Shown piece by piece: positions 12,301-23,550 of a stretch of 58,335 bases of DNA (its first letter is position 1; the number at the start of each line of letters is the position of its first letter). Source of the DNA: Elsinoe ampelina (taxonomy: Eukaryota). The position numbers were made by a program, and so were the translations under genes. The notes beneath the pieces are model-generated. The model was not told where the DNA came from. It worked only from the letters and a program-made list of their open reading frames with translations, and ran no database searches. The stretch is taken from contig ML992532.1 of NCBI GenBank assembly GCA_010093995.1, forward strand, positions 1 through 58,335, read 5' to 3'.

Positions 12301-12923
12301 CTCGCTACAGCAGAGAAGGTGCATCTCCACCAACGTACGAATCTGCTGTTGGTCTCTTCCCGCCACTATCGGGTCCACCTCCGACACAGCCGCTGCCGAC
12401 CGTCCCTGCCGCGGACACTTATGTCCCTAGTGCTCCCATCGACATCGTTCGCCCCAAAGTCCGTACTGAGACTCGCGCCATTCCTGATGACATGATCATC
12501 GGCAAGCCTCGTCCAGGCTCATGCATGCCACCTACTCCTGCAGAAGCCAGGAAGTCTCAGAAGTCTCCCATCCTCGAGCGCTTTACAGACGCTTTCCCAG
12601 ACCTGGGAGCGAAGCCACTCTTCGCTGTCTTTAACAAAGGCAAGAGCAAAGCTACAGCGGACAAGGAGATCCCTGAAGGAGGCATGTTCCCAATGTCACC
12701 TCCCCGTCCATCGACAGACAGCACTGCATGGAAGGGCGGCAAGCTCAACCCGGACGCTGCCTCTTTCACTTCCCCAACTACCGGTACCAGCACCGGACAG
12801 GCCGGCAAGGCGGGGCGTACTGCTCCTACCTTCGCCGAGATCTGTGGCCGCGCTGGTATCAAGCTCGGCAAGGCGGAGGAGAAGGGTGAGAAGGGAAAGG
12901 GGAAGGAGCCTAGCTCCACCTGA
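9372..12923 (+). CDS. SAD-2-like (meiotic silencing scaffold) RRM-like protein with an N-terminal RING-like finger; exons 9372-9566, 9622-10323, 10375-10800, 10848-11243, 11292-12923
   Basis: Four canonical phase-0 introns link four separate ORFs. The core GVIKIINIPF..KQEILAAIGRNA..IHIIMDRNTGKT.EAFVE..IGDR.V.IELS..LMAKLFP..FRGFIT.EE..SPF..YE..KYPWY resembles the remembered Neurospora/Fusarium SAD-2 family block. Flanks are S/P-rich and disordered. Confidence 0.7.
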
Positions 12924-13469
12924 TCCTCTCCGGCTGCCTCTTCATCGACCGCTCCCCATAGCGGTACGGTGAGGCAGGCCTAGTCGGAAGGTGAGGGGGA
13001 GTCAGAGGCGGAGGAGGGGAGGAGAAAGGGGCGCCAGGCTTTTCACGCCTGGCTATGCAAGTGGCATGGCAGATGCCTTGCTTTTTTTCAGAGGAATGTA
13101 CATTGCAATGATCGAGCGATCCAAGTAGGGTAATTTGAGGAGGTTTTAAGAGACAAAATGAAATACAAATCCAAGCAGTAATTCTTGTGATTGTCCCGGG
13201 CTTGTTATATGTGGACATCGTGACCCAAGCCACTCATCAGACGTTCTGATAATCAACAACCTCAATCACCAGATTGGAATGCTCACAGGCGGTCAAAGAA
13301 TATGCATTCGTGATTCTACCATACGGCTAATCGACCTTGTACACCAAAAAAGGCCGTATCTACGGAAGTGAAGACATTCTCGGCCGAGACGGATGCCCGA
13401 GACGCATCTCGGCGCCACCGCAAGACAGAGTATATCGAGTCAATCACGACGCTCCCTCAGACCATCGAA

Positions 13470-15944
13470 ATGGTGCGAAGATCCGGCCGTCTTTCTGGAG
13501 TTACGAATGAGTCATTGGAGACCGTGAACAGAACCAGCAAGAAGCGCTCTCAATCAGGTCCGTCCACTACCCCTCGTGCTACAAAGCAAGCCAAAAAGGC
13601 GACCACGACATCATCAGATAGTAGCACGAGGGCTTTCACACGTCAGAAGACCACACCGAAAAAGAGTCAGCACTTCACCGACAAGCCCAAGCGCGAATAC
13701 GATGACGCCACCGGACTCACCTCCACCGACGAAGGCGACGACGACGCCGAGGACGAGAGCGACTTCTCCGCCGCCGAAGCCAATAGCAAGACTTCCGATC
13801 ATGACGATTCCAGCAATGAAGACGATGGGGAAGACACTGAGGAACCCGAGGAAAGCTCCGAAGGTGACGACAAGAAACGGCGCAGGTCAAAAGGCCGACC
13901 CGCTCCCAAGACAAAGGGCAAGGCTCAACGTGATGTCTACAAGGCCTACGGCAAGGAAGCAAGTCTGATACCACCATCTCGTGATGGGATGAGTGGCAAG
14001 GGTAGTAATGGGTATGGCAATGGGGAGGACGAACTTCCGGAGCCGGGCACTGAGCTTGTCATCAAGAAGCCAAAAGCAAAGCCGGCGGGCAAGACTCCGT
14101 ACAAGGATGGGCGAGTTCATTCGAATACTTTGGAGTTCTTGGGGGAACTGAGGGATAACAATCGAAGAGAATGGTTGAAGTGTGAGTATCGTTGATTGTC
14201 TGAGCTAGCATGCCCATCTGCAGGGCATGCGAGAGTAACCATGACTTTTGAGACTGCGCAGAATATAGCAGATCTGTAGACTTCGGGCTACCTGGGGAGC
14301 TGGAACTGACAGGCTACAGTCCATGATCCTGAATTTCGACAAGCAGAGAATGACTGGAAGAGCTTCGTTGAAAAGCTTACGGAGAAGCTGACAGAAGTGG
14401 ATGATGAGATACCCGAACTACCTGTCAAGGATATCGTAGGTACTCGATTATATGTCAGGGTATGCAGAAGCTCATTCTCAAGGTCTTCCGTATCTACAGA
14501 GATGTTCGCTTCTCTCCCGACCCCACGCCGTACAAGGTGAACAAATCAAACTACCAGTATGGACACGGCGCTGACCACTGCAGGCATACTTCTCAGCCGC
14601 ATGGTCGAGAACAGGTAGAAAAGGTCCATATGCAGCCTATTACATCCAGATTTCTCCGGGGCAGAGCTTTCTAGGTGAGACTGATCCCCGTCCCCTACCA
14701 GTACCTACCTGACATTGATCGCAAGGTGGTGGGTCGTGGTTCCCAGAATCTCAACCTCTCGCACGCCTCCGTACCAACATCGACCGTCGACCTACAGACT
14801 TGAAGTCGATCCTCATGAACGATCGTCTGCGGAAGGAATTCTTGAATGGGGCGCCCAAAACCGAGAAGAAGGTGGTTCAGGCCTTTACCTCGTCCAAGAT
14901 GAATGCGGAAAGTGCGTTGAAGACAAGACCACAGGTGAGTCTACCTACCTGCCGTAAATTCTGTGAATAATGCTTGCAATCATTGTGGTGTTCGCGGCCT
15001 TGATACTGGCTGGCTGGTTGGTACAGTTTCGTACGGCATGATCTAGCACGGAGAGATCACATGTCAAGTCGGGCTCGATCAATATCGACTACAGGTCTTG
15101 AATACATGATGCAACCTCTACAAAAGCTCAAACGCAGGGGTCATGTCCATGGTCTGGGCAATCTGCTGGTTGCGGATAAGATACTCGCGTTTTGCAGGGC
15201 TCTTATCCGCAACCTACAGAGAGCAGGCTTTGCGCCAGAGAGACACACTCTCGGCCATCCTGAACGGGTACCGGCGGGCGTCCTTCATGGATCGGCGCGG
15301 CACAGCATGTCACAAAGGCAAATTAGAGAGCGATTACCAAAAGCCTCCGCGGGTCTTGGTAGTACTGTAGTGTGTCCCTCCGACAAAAATCTGGAGATTC
15401 TCGGAGACGGGCGGGTTGGAGATCTGGAGTCTCTGCTCGCAGACAGTGGTACGCTAAATGAGGGATTCGCGGCATTAGCGAAAGCCAGTCAGCCAGCCAG
15501 CCAGCCCGGGCGGAAGCAAGCCATCCAAGCCCAGAGCAAGCCCTGGAGATAGCTTTCATGACAGGGTGTGATGACAATTGATGTCAAGGAAAGAAGCTAA
15601 TCTGATATTGCACTATAGGGTTACGCCAAGGACCATGTCGACATTGATTTGTTGAGGTTGAAGAATTTTACCGTTGGACGCCAATTGACCGACGAGGAGG
15701 TGGTGAGCCCTGCGTTCTTGGACTTGGTGGCGGACCTCATGGGCGTGATGAAGCCGTTTGTTAGTACCTCCTTGCCTTACCCATCACGCGACGCGAGGCG
15801 GGGCATGCGCGTCCGTGGCTGACTGCTCGACAGATCCGTTACCTGAACAGTATCGTTATGCCTGACCCTGACGCGGAAGAAAGTGATAAAAGCAGTGATG
15901 GGTCATCCGATGGTGGAGACAACAATGGTTCGGGGGACGAATAG
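13470..15944 (+). CDS. DUF2461 (TIGR02453-like) protein with an acidic/basic N-terminal extension; exons 13470-14181, 14320-14435, 14483-14536, 14584-14674, 14726-14934, 15619-15759, 15834-15944
   Basis: LEFLGELRDNNRREWLK, VFRIYRDVRFSPDPTPYK, SAAWSRTGRKGPYA.YY and RPQGYAKDH.DIDLLRLKNF motifs, assembled through six GT-AG introns. Confidence 0.88.
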
Positions 15945-18900
15945 TTTCGCAGCCGTTATTGTCAGAACATGCAGAGCAAATCCTTTGTGTCACCTCAACA
16001 GCTCGCAGATGTACATGTCGTCGTCACCAGTGGTAGGACAAGGATTCCCCTCGTCCTTCAGCCCATTTTGCGGCACGGATAGCTCGACGTCCACCATTTT
16101 CTCGATGACAGCTTGATTAACGTCTGCGCTTTTTCGCCGTCACGAAATTCGACAGCGATCCTTCCACGCCGCAGACGGTGTTTGGTCCTGGCTTGCTGCA
16201 ATCTGCCAACGCATCCGCGCTGCCCGACATGCAAGCCTCTTTTCAGGCGGAATGGCACAGCATAGGTTCTTGATGGGCTCGCACACCTTCTGGCAGGGAG
16301 GTGCATACCCTTGTCATGGCTCGGGTGCGCTAGCGGGCCACGACATGACGCTACGGTCATGTGATATCCCGCGGTCTGGGCAGCCGATCTGTAACCAGAT
16401 TGGATGGTCGGTTGGATTAGCCCAATTTTTGGATGAGGAGCTGCGGGCTCGTTGGGCTTGCGTCCTGATGCATCTCGCCATGCGAGGGGCTGAAAGTGGG
16501 CATTGCGCTGCTGCAGCCAGTGTTGTTGTCCTACCTGTCATCTGATGCTGTACTTTGCAACATCGTGGATCGTGCTGGCTGACGAGGCCTGACGATGGTC
16601 GCTTGCAGAAATTGGTGGTACGATGTGGTAGTAAGCCCTGCCCAGTGTCGTGACTCGCGGGGTTGGTCGTGTAGATTGCACCTTTCGCTGGCTGACCGAC
16701 AAGGTTGCGACCCGCTCCGCTTGGTGTGCACGGCGAGTCCAGATGCCATGTGGCATGGTGAGAACCGTCTCTGTGCTGTTGCTGCCATGAAGAAATGACT
16801 TTGAGTCACAAGCAATGGTGCTCGTGAGTGAAGCCGAGCTCTGCAGCTGCTGGACACCATTTGGAGCACGACGATCGCAGCATGTCTGACAATTGTCCGA
16901 CTGCTCTGCGGCCCATTGGTGCGATTCATGGGCGTGGAGGGACAAGGCGGACATGCGTTCCGTTGTCATGCACTTGGTCTGCAGACTCGACGCACGAAAG
17001 CAGCAAGGTAGAAAAGATCCAAGACAAGCCCCCACCTAGATTCGGCCTTTTCTCATCTCTGACCGACCTTGAATTCTTGAAAGAATGGCAGCGGCTCGGT
17101 GGCACTTGGGCCAAGAGACTCAATGGCCAACATGGCGGCGCGGACCGGACAAATGGTGAGATGCGCGCTTGAACGCTCCTTTGACTGACAAGAGCAAAGA
17201 TCAGCGCTCGGAACGCGGACAAGTCGTCGATGCGGGTCCTGAGATGTGATGAACAAGAAGTCAAGAACCCGACTGCGTCGGAAAGTGCCATGTCATTGTC
17301 CGTATGTGGTAGTTCGACCGGTGAAGGCATCCCTAGCGTCAGGTGATTGAGTGGCAATGCATGCAGCACTGTGACTAAGATACCTGGCTGATTTTGTCAT
17401 GCGTGCGACTAAGACCTGCTAGCTTGCTTGATAGGAAGGGCACGGCTTTCACATAGCAGGGATCCCATTTGCATAAATGCGATCTTCCCGCTCGGGGCGG
17501 GACGTCCGCCCTGGCATTTTGAGACTGGAAGGTTGACTCAAATGCTGGCGATTGCTCTTGATGTCTGATTTGAATTGGATGCCGACCTCACCTCATCGGA
17601 AGTCGGCGTGATAGCAGTCCAGTGCAGCACACTGCTCGTGCTCGATATCGAATGCGTCGCGCCCCTCCATTTCCTGCACGGTGAAATAATTTTGCATGAC
17701 CAATCGGTGATGGTCAAAAGATAGACCGCGACGATCCCACGAATGCCCCACTCTGCATCGTGTGGCAGAAGGGGGGAACGGCAACGACCTCATCCTTCGC
17801 TCCACACCACAGTGCTAGATGTATTTTTGTACCGAATTGTGGTCAGTGTTCATTTCTGCCGAAGACAATGGGTATCTTTAGCGAGCTCTGCAGCAAACCT
17901 CGATGGCACGCATGTACGTGACTAAACACTGCAATACTTGTAGGCGAGCTCGATATGAGCAATACTCGGCATCGATGCTAGGTTCCAGGAGCTGTCTCAT
18001 CAAGTTGGAACGAGAGCGGCCGCAGTCGTGTGATGGACCATTCCTTGAAGCCGTCTGTCACGAACATGTCTCAATCCAATCTGTCGGGACCCACGGGACG
18101 AACCTCAACACGTGGGAACTGTCTTGGCCGGACGGCAAGGTTGCAGCGGCTGTGTCTCAGCTCGCTACCATTGCGGTATGTGGACTTCGACGGACCCAGA
18201 CAGGGACGAGCCGACACGGGCGGATGCAATATTCAGCGGTACCATGAGAATCGTATCACGCACTGCGTTGAGTCGAAGACCTCACCCGCCGGGTTTGCTG
18301 ACAGATAGATTGGTCGGAGTTGTTGAGGAAGGATCTGCTGTTGAACTGTTAATATATGAGCGCATATCATGGATCCTGAACTCGTTTGCGCCTGGAGCAA
18401 GAGGACAGGATTGTCCAAACGACCAACGGGACGATCACTGCGCGTCTTGCACATCATCAACGCAGCCGTGATCATCTTCATCATCATCCCTGCCATTCAC
18501 CCAGATTGGCCCACTGCTTTAATTGCTTGGCAGACCGGCGATAGCCTGTAATGTCTGTACGACAAGGAGACATTATTGCTGGTAGTGCGCCAACCACGCC
18601 GTTCCAAGGGACATGGTACACTGGTAATCTGACTCAGAAATGTGCAAAGAAGAGAGCTCGGCAGTGGGTCGTGCCTTCAACCTTGATGACCGCGACATGT
18701 GGTGACCCCGAAAATCTGGTCTAGCAAGAAAAATTCTGCCATGTGCTTTGCCGGCCCGCTGATCTGCAAAAGTAGACACAAGGAGAAGAAGCAAGAGAGC
18801 AACCATATTCGAGTCAAGCGCGTTTGCGCCGGCAGAAACAAGCTCAGGAGTGGGTCGCAGGGCAGCAACGTGGCATGGAGCACTACCAACACCGATCGAG

Positions 18901-21148
18901 GAAGGTGGCCGTTGCGAACTCGTACTGGAGACTGATGATTCGTCGGTTGTCACGACTGGTGAATGGTGCGACTGAGTCGGGGAAAGAATCTTGACTCGGG
19001 CTCGGAAGCAGCCATGATCGTGGTCGACATCTCATAGACACGAATAGCTGCAGCCTTGTGACTGCTATAGATCAGACCACGTAAGGTGAATGAGAGTGTA
19101 GCTCAGGGTTGCCGGTTCCATTGACCGGGATTGGATTCCCACATGATGCTACATCCCAGTCGTGGACCGTCATCCATGAATCCGTCACGACCGACGAATC
19201 AGAGGTCGAGTTTGGTGATTTTCCCACTCGAAGCTCACGGGTAGACCAATCTCGTGTTCGGTCGGCAGAAAAAAGACCTTCACGTCCTCTTTGCATCTGC
19301 CCAAAGCGAGTCTGAGCAACTGTGGTCCGGGTGGGGTCACTACCGGATTTTTGACAAGTTTGGCATGTCAGGAACAAGGTGGCCCCTGCCCCTACCGTGC
19401 CAGGTATCAGACACCCCCTTCGGCCGTGAGGAAAACTAGCCACGGCATCACTGATCAGCGACCATGCCTCGGTGCACACCGTCCGAGCTCCGTTAGATTG
19501 TGTCCTGCACATGATGGACGCGTGTGTAGCGAGAAATATCCAGCTCAGCCGAGAAACGTTTGCTCACCAGTGGTACGTTTATCAACTGACAGGTCGTTTG
19601 TGCTGTAGATGAGCACAAGGACCGGGACGCGGCTGCGAGGACGGACCGTGACGGCTCTACGACGACAGGCGTGCGAAGAACAAACGGCAGCAAACAGTGG
19701 TACAGAATAAGTTAACGGGGCATCCGCAGCTCTCCGCGTCTCGGAAAGTTGCGTGACGATCATCCTTTCCATCATCTGGATGCTGCCCGGGCCCGTAGCG
19801 CTAATCGTAGAGTGGTCTTGTTGTGCATGGACGTGCCAGGCTCTGGGCCTTGTATAGCAATGGCTTGTCATTGACGCCGCCATCGCGCACGCCGTCGGCA
19901 TCAGCCAGACCGCCACTTGATCAGCGAGCAAGTAAGCGCCGCACGGCATGGTATCGGTCAGAGTCTCAAGCCCAAAGAGAGTGCACGAGTTCCCTGACTA
20001 GCGGCTTTCACTACCACCGATCTGTCCGTGACAAGTTTTTTGCATGGTGCAGAGCGGGCTGCGCAACATGTCGCGTATAGGGGGGCAGCTTCTACGGTTC
20101 TTCTGACGACTCGCGCATACGGCTGTTGGAACTGTCTCAAATTGTGGTCAGCGGTGCGTGACGCCAGCGTTCCGTCCCTCACACCGTCGGCCCTATCGTT
20201 GGGAGAGAGTTGAAGCAGTTAAGCGGCCGCCACTGCTGCAGTGCAAGTACCGTAAACGTCTGCAGGACCTTGTGTTGCTCTTGGAATCGTGAAATAGTCC
20301 GAACAGCCAGCCAACCGAGTGTCGACCTTGTGATTGAAGACTACAACCTTGCAGCTATCCTGACGGGAACTTGACACGCATCTGACGTGCCAGAGGACGA
20401 CAGACAACAAGACTGACTCGCCGGATAGACTAGACTGATCCAGCGGTACCACCAGGGGAAGGACGTACCACATTCCTACGTGCCCTTGCAGGTGCCAGAG
20501 AAGGCAGCCCGGACTTGCAGAATACAACGCATACAAGACGCAAGCCGCCGGACACTGACAAGCAGTAACTCATTAGGAGCAGGCACGCCGCATACGACCA
20601 ATTTAGCCGTTCTTGACCAGTCACGATCAATCTGCGTGCGTGGTCGCTTGCTTTTTGGGCGGTCAAAAAATCTACTCGTACCTCTTTGAACCTTTCCTGC
20701 GACCTTTTTGGCTGACATCAAACCCGCTCTTTCCTCCTCTTTTTTTTTCTCATCCACCACAACTGCCACTTACCTACCTCTCACACCAGATCGGACCGCA
20801 TCGCACGTCCGTCCGGAGCCTATCCTTCCATCTTGGTCATCTACCTGGTGGTATTTCTGGGTTTGCATCGTCGTCGCCGCTTTCCCAGCAAAAGCGCACC
20901 GAACCCGGCCCCGCGGGTCGACTTTCGTCACTTTCTTCGGGCCGGACCTTCGCGACTTTCGCCTGCGCAACGTCTCGTCCCTCCCTCCCTTCACTCGATT
21001 CTTTCTTGAGAGGAGCTTGAACGTCCGCGCATTGCGATCCACGCCGTGACGCGTTCGACACATATAGCGCCGGCCTCTACCGTCACCCTGCCTCTCACCT
21101 CCTTGCCAGTCGCGTCAAACTCACGCGACAACAACCACAATCCTCACC

Positions 21149-22585
21149 ATGTATCCGAATCCAGGCCAGACAGGCCAGTGGAGTCCTAATCCTCCTCCGC
21201 CTTCGTCGTCGGCCGGTCCACAGCAAGGACAGCCGCAGTGGGCTCCTCCTCCGCAGCAACAAGGTCAACATCAGCCAAACGGTCAATATCGCGGTCCACC
21301 ACCGAATCAAGTGAGTCCTAAGCCCACATTCACTGCCCTCGGCGACCTTTTCTGACCTCGAGCAGATTCCTCCCATCACACAGGGACAGCATCCCCAGGC
21401 TCCGACCATGCAGACCCTACAACCTCAGCACCCCGACCAGTATCGCTCGCTCCCGCCGCCGGGTCAGATGTATGCGCATTCGCCATACCATCCGCAACCT
21501 CCTATCCAGTATCCTCCACAGCCAGCCCCGAGGCAGCGCACAGCTATTGCGTGCCGCTACTGCAGACGCCGGAAGGTGAGTCAAGATCAAGAGCAAGGAC
21601 GAAGATTGGACACCTGCTGATACTCTTTCTCCAGATCCGCTGCTCCGGCTTCGATCAGTCCGAGGACGGCCGCTGCACAAACTGCCAGCGTTTCTCCCAA
21701 GAGTGCATCTTCACACCAGTCTCACAGCAGACTCAGGCGTTTGTTCCTGCCCACGCAGTGATGAGGAACCAGGGTCAAATGCCTCCACAGTTGTACGGAG
21801 CCTATGGTCAGCCCCTTCCTCAAGGCCAATACGGATACCCACCGCAGTATGCGCCGCCGCCGAATGGCTACCAGTACCCTCCACAGCACCAGTCGCCAAT
21901 GCAGGGTCAACCTGGCCAACAACCCCCCCCTCCCCAAGGGATGGCCCCACCCCACCAGCAAATGCAACAATCTCCTCAGCAGCAACCTCAGCAGTCTGCT
22001 GGTCAGAAGCGTCCCAACGAGGAACCTCACACGCCTACTCACGCGCCACCGAACCCAGCAAACAATGCACAGATTGGTCAGAACCAGCAGAGGAGCGCAT
22101 CAGGTGAGCACAATCAAGAGCTGGGACCAACAGAGTTGTCAAGACTGACGCAAATCCTTTCCTCAGCGTCATCCAACCAGCAGCCATATTATCCGACAAA
22201 TGGCAATGGTCCCCAGGGTCACCATGCAACTCCGCCCCAGAACAACAACTACACTCACGAGGCACAGCCAAAGCAGGAGCGTCATAACTCGGCTTCCCCG
22301 CAAGTCGCCAACAACACCGCAAGCTATCCCGCCCCTACGTCAGATCCCAACCTCCGTCCACCTCAGGCGGGTCAAGATGGTATGCCTTCCCCCAATGGCT
22401 ACGCGCAGAACAACATGCGAATGAATGGATTGGTAGGCAACGCAGGAGGTCAGACTCCGTCATCACCAGCACAGCAGCAACAAGGTCAAACCCAGGGGCA
22501 AGCTCAAACAGGTCAGCAGAAACCCGACTCACCCCGACTAAGAAGCCTTGCTGACTCGGATATGCTCAGCCAACTAAGCAATTGA
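21149..22585 (+). CDS. Zn(II)2Cys6 transcription factor, P/Q-rich, probably McrA-like; exons 21149-21310, 21366-21575, 21635-22103, 22167-22585
   Basis: RQRTAIACRYCRRRK|IRCSGFDQSEDGRCTNCQRFSQECIFTPVS (CX2CX6CX10CX2CX6C) is split by an intron. The McrA orthology is from memory and unverified. Confidence 0.85.
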
Positions 22586-23550
22586 TTGAAAAGTTCAGCA
22601 AACAGCGAGGCGTCACGATGAGCCGGTCTCATCTGATGACAAAGATTCCATCGCATGCAGCAACAAACAGCGATCGACGACGACGGCACAACTAGGCCCA
22701 TTTCACAAGCTCTTACGACCCTGTTTTACTATACATACAATTATCGCGCAAGCACGACGTTTCCTATTCCCGGTCTCCAGCACAACTATACTAGGAGGTT
22801 TTCTACTTTCCACTTTCCAAAAACTGTCGTTTTCTACGCCGCAAGCCGCTGCTTCCGCGGATTCGAAAAAGGGGCGGTCAAATTCGGAATGTTTTTCCAT
22901 CGCAATCGTCCAATTGAATGGACTTGGGAGGCTTTACTGAGCGATTATCGTTGTTTACGTCGCTGATTCGTCTACAATGGACGAGACGGTCAGAGCTTGA
23001 TGGCCACAGACTCATCGGCAAGGCGGGTCGAGGGTCGAACACGACGGTCTAGCCTTGTCCGTGATCGAGTGGTTGATACACCTTGCAGAATGAGGAATGG
23101 TGACCTGAGTGCCGGGAAGCTCGTCTGCCTGGCTATTCAATGTCTACCCGCTAGATTGCCAGATTGTTTTGTAACATCAATATCGTCTAAAGTAATCAGT
23201 CGTTTCTGCTCCAGTCCGCTTTCACCAAGTGGTGGTCCACAATCGTGCCGTTCCGTTCTCTACCTGCCTGTCCAGAGATATAGCCTACCACGTGCCAAAT
23301 CTGAATGCCCGTTCCGTCTGCGATCCGGCCCGTCAGTCAAAATTTAGATTGAAAGACGCAGGTGAAGCACAGATCGAGTCATCGTGGAAGGGCGACGGGC
23401 GGGTGGCGGGAGCATCCTCTTTCCCCAGACAAAATGTGATATCAGACGTGCGGCTCCGGGTAAAGTCCGACATCTTTCACATCGTCGTCATCAAACAGCA
23501 GAATCTCGAGAACATCTTCGAATTTTGGCGTTCGTATTTGACAGGTTCCC

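Noticed and set aside
14182..14319. Possible H/ACA snoRNA in a 138-nt intron (8-bp hairpin 14208-14230, AGAGTA)
   Set aside because: The ACA overlaps the branch point and no convincing second hairpin or target pocket was seen.
15061..15552. 163-aa ORF nested in the DUF2461 intron
   Set aside because: No recognisable domain or coding-like composition. It is not called as a gene, though not strictly excluded.
16681..16710. CCAGCGAAAGG on the minus strand resembling the 3' end of a TPP riboswitch
   Set aside because: It lacks the CUGAGA and UGAU..UAAU core and has no thiamine-related host gene. No TPP aptamer was found at the DUR3-like gene either.
16000..21100. Numerous 60-165 aa ORFs in the long spacer, and antisense ORFs over real genes
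   Set aside because: No family motifs or splice-supported structure; expected at this GC content.
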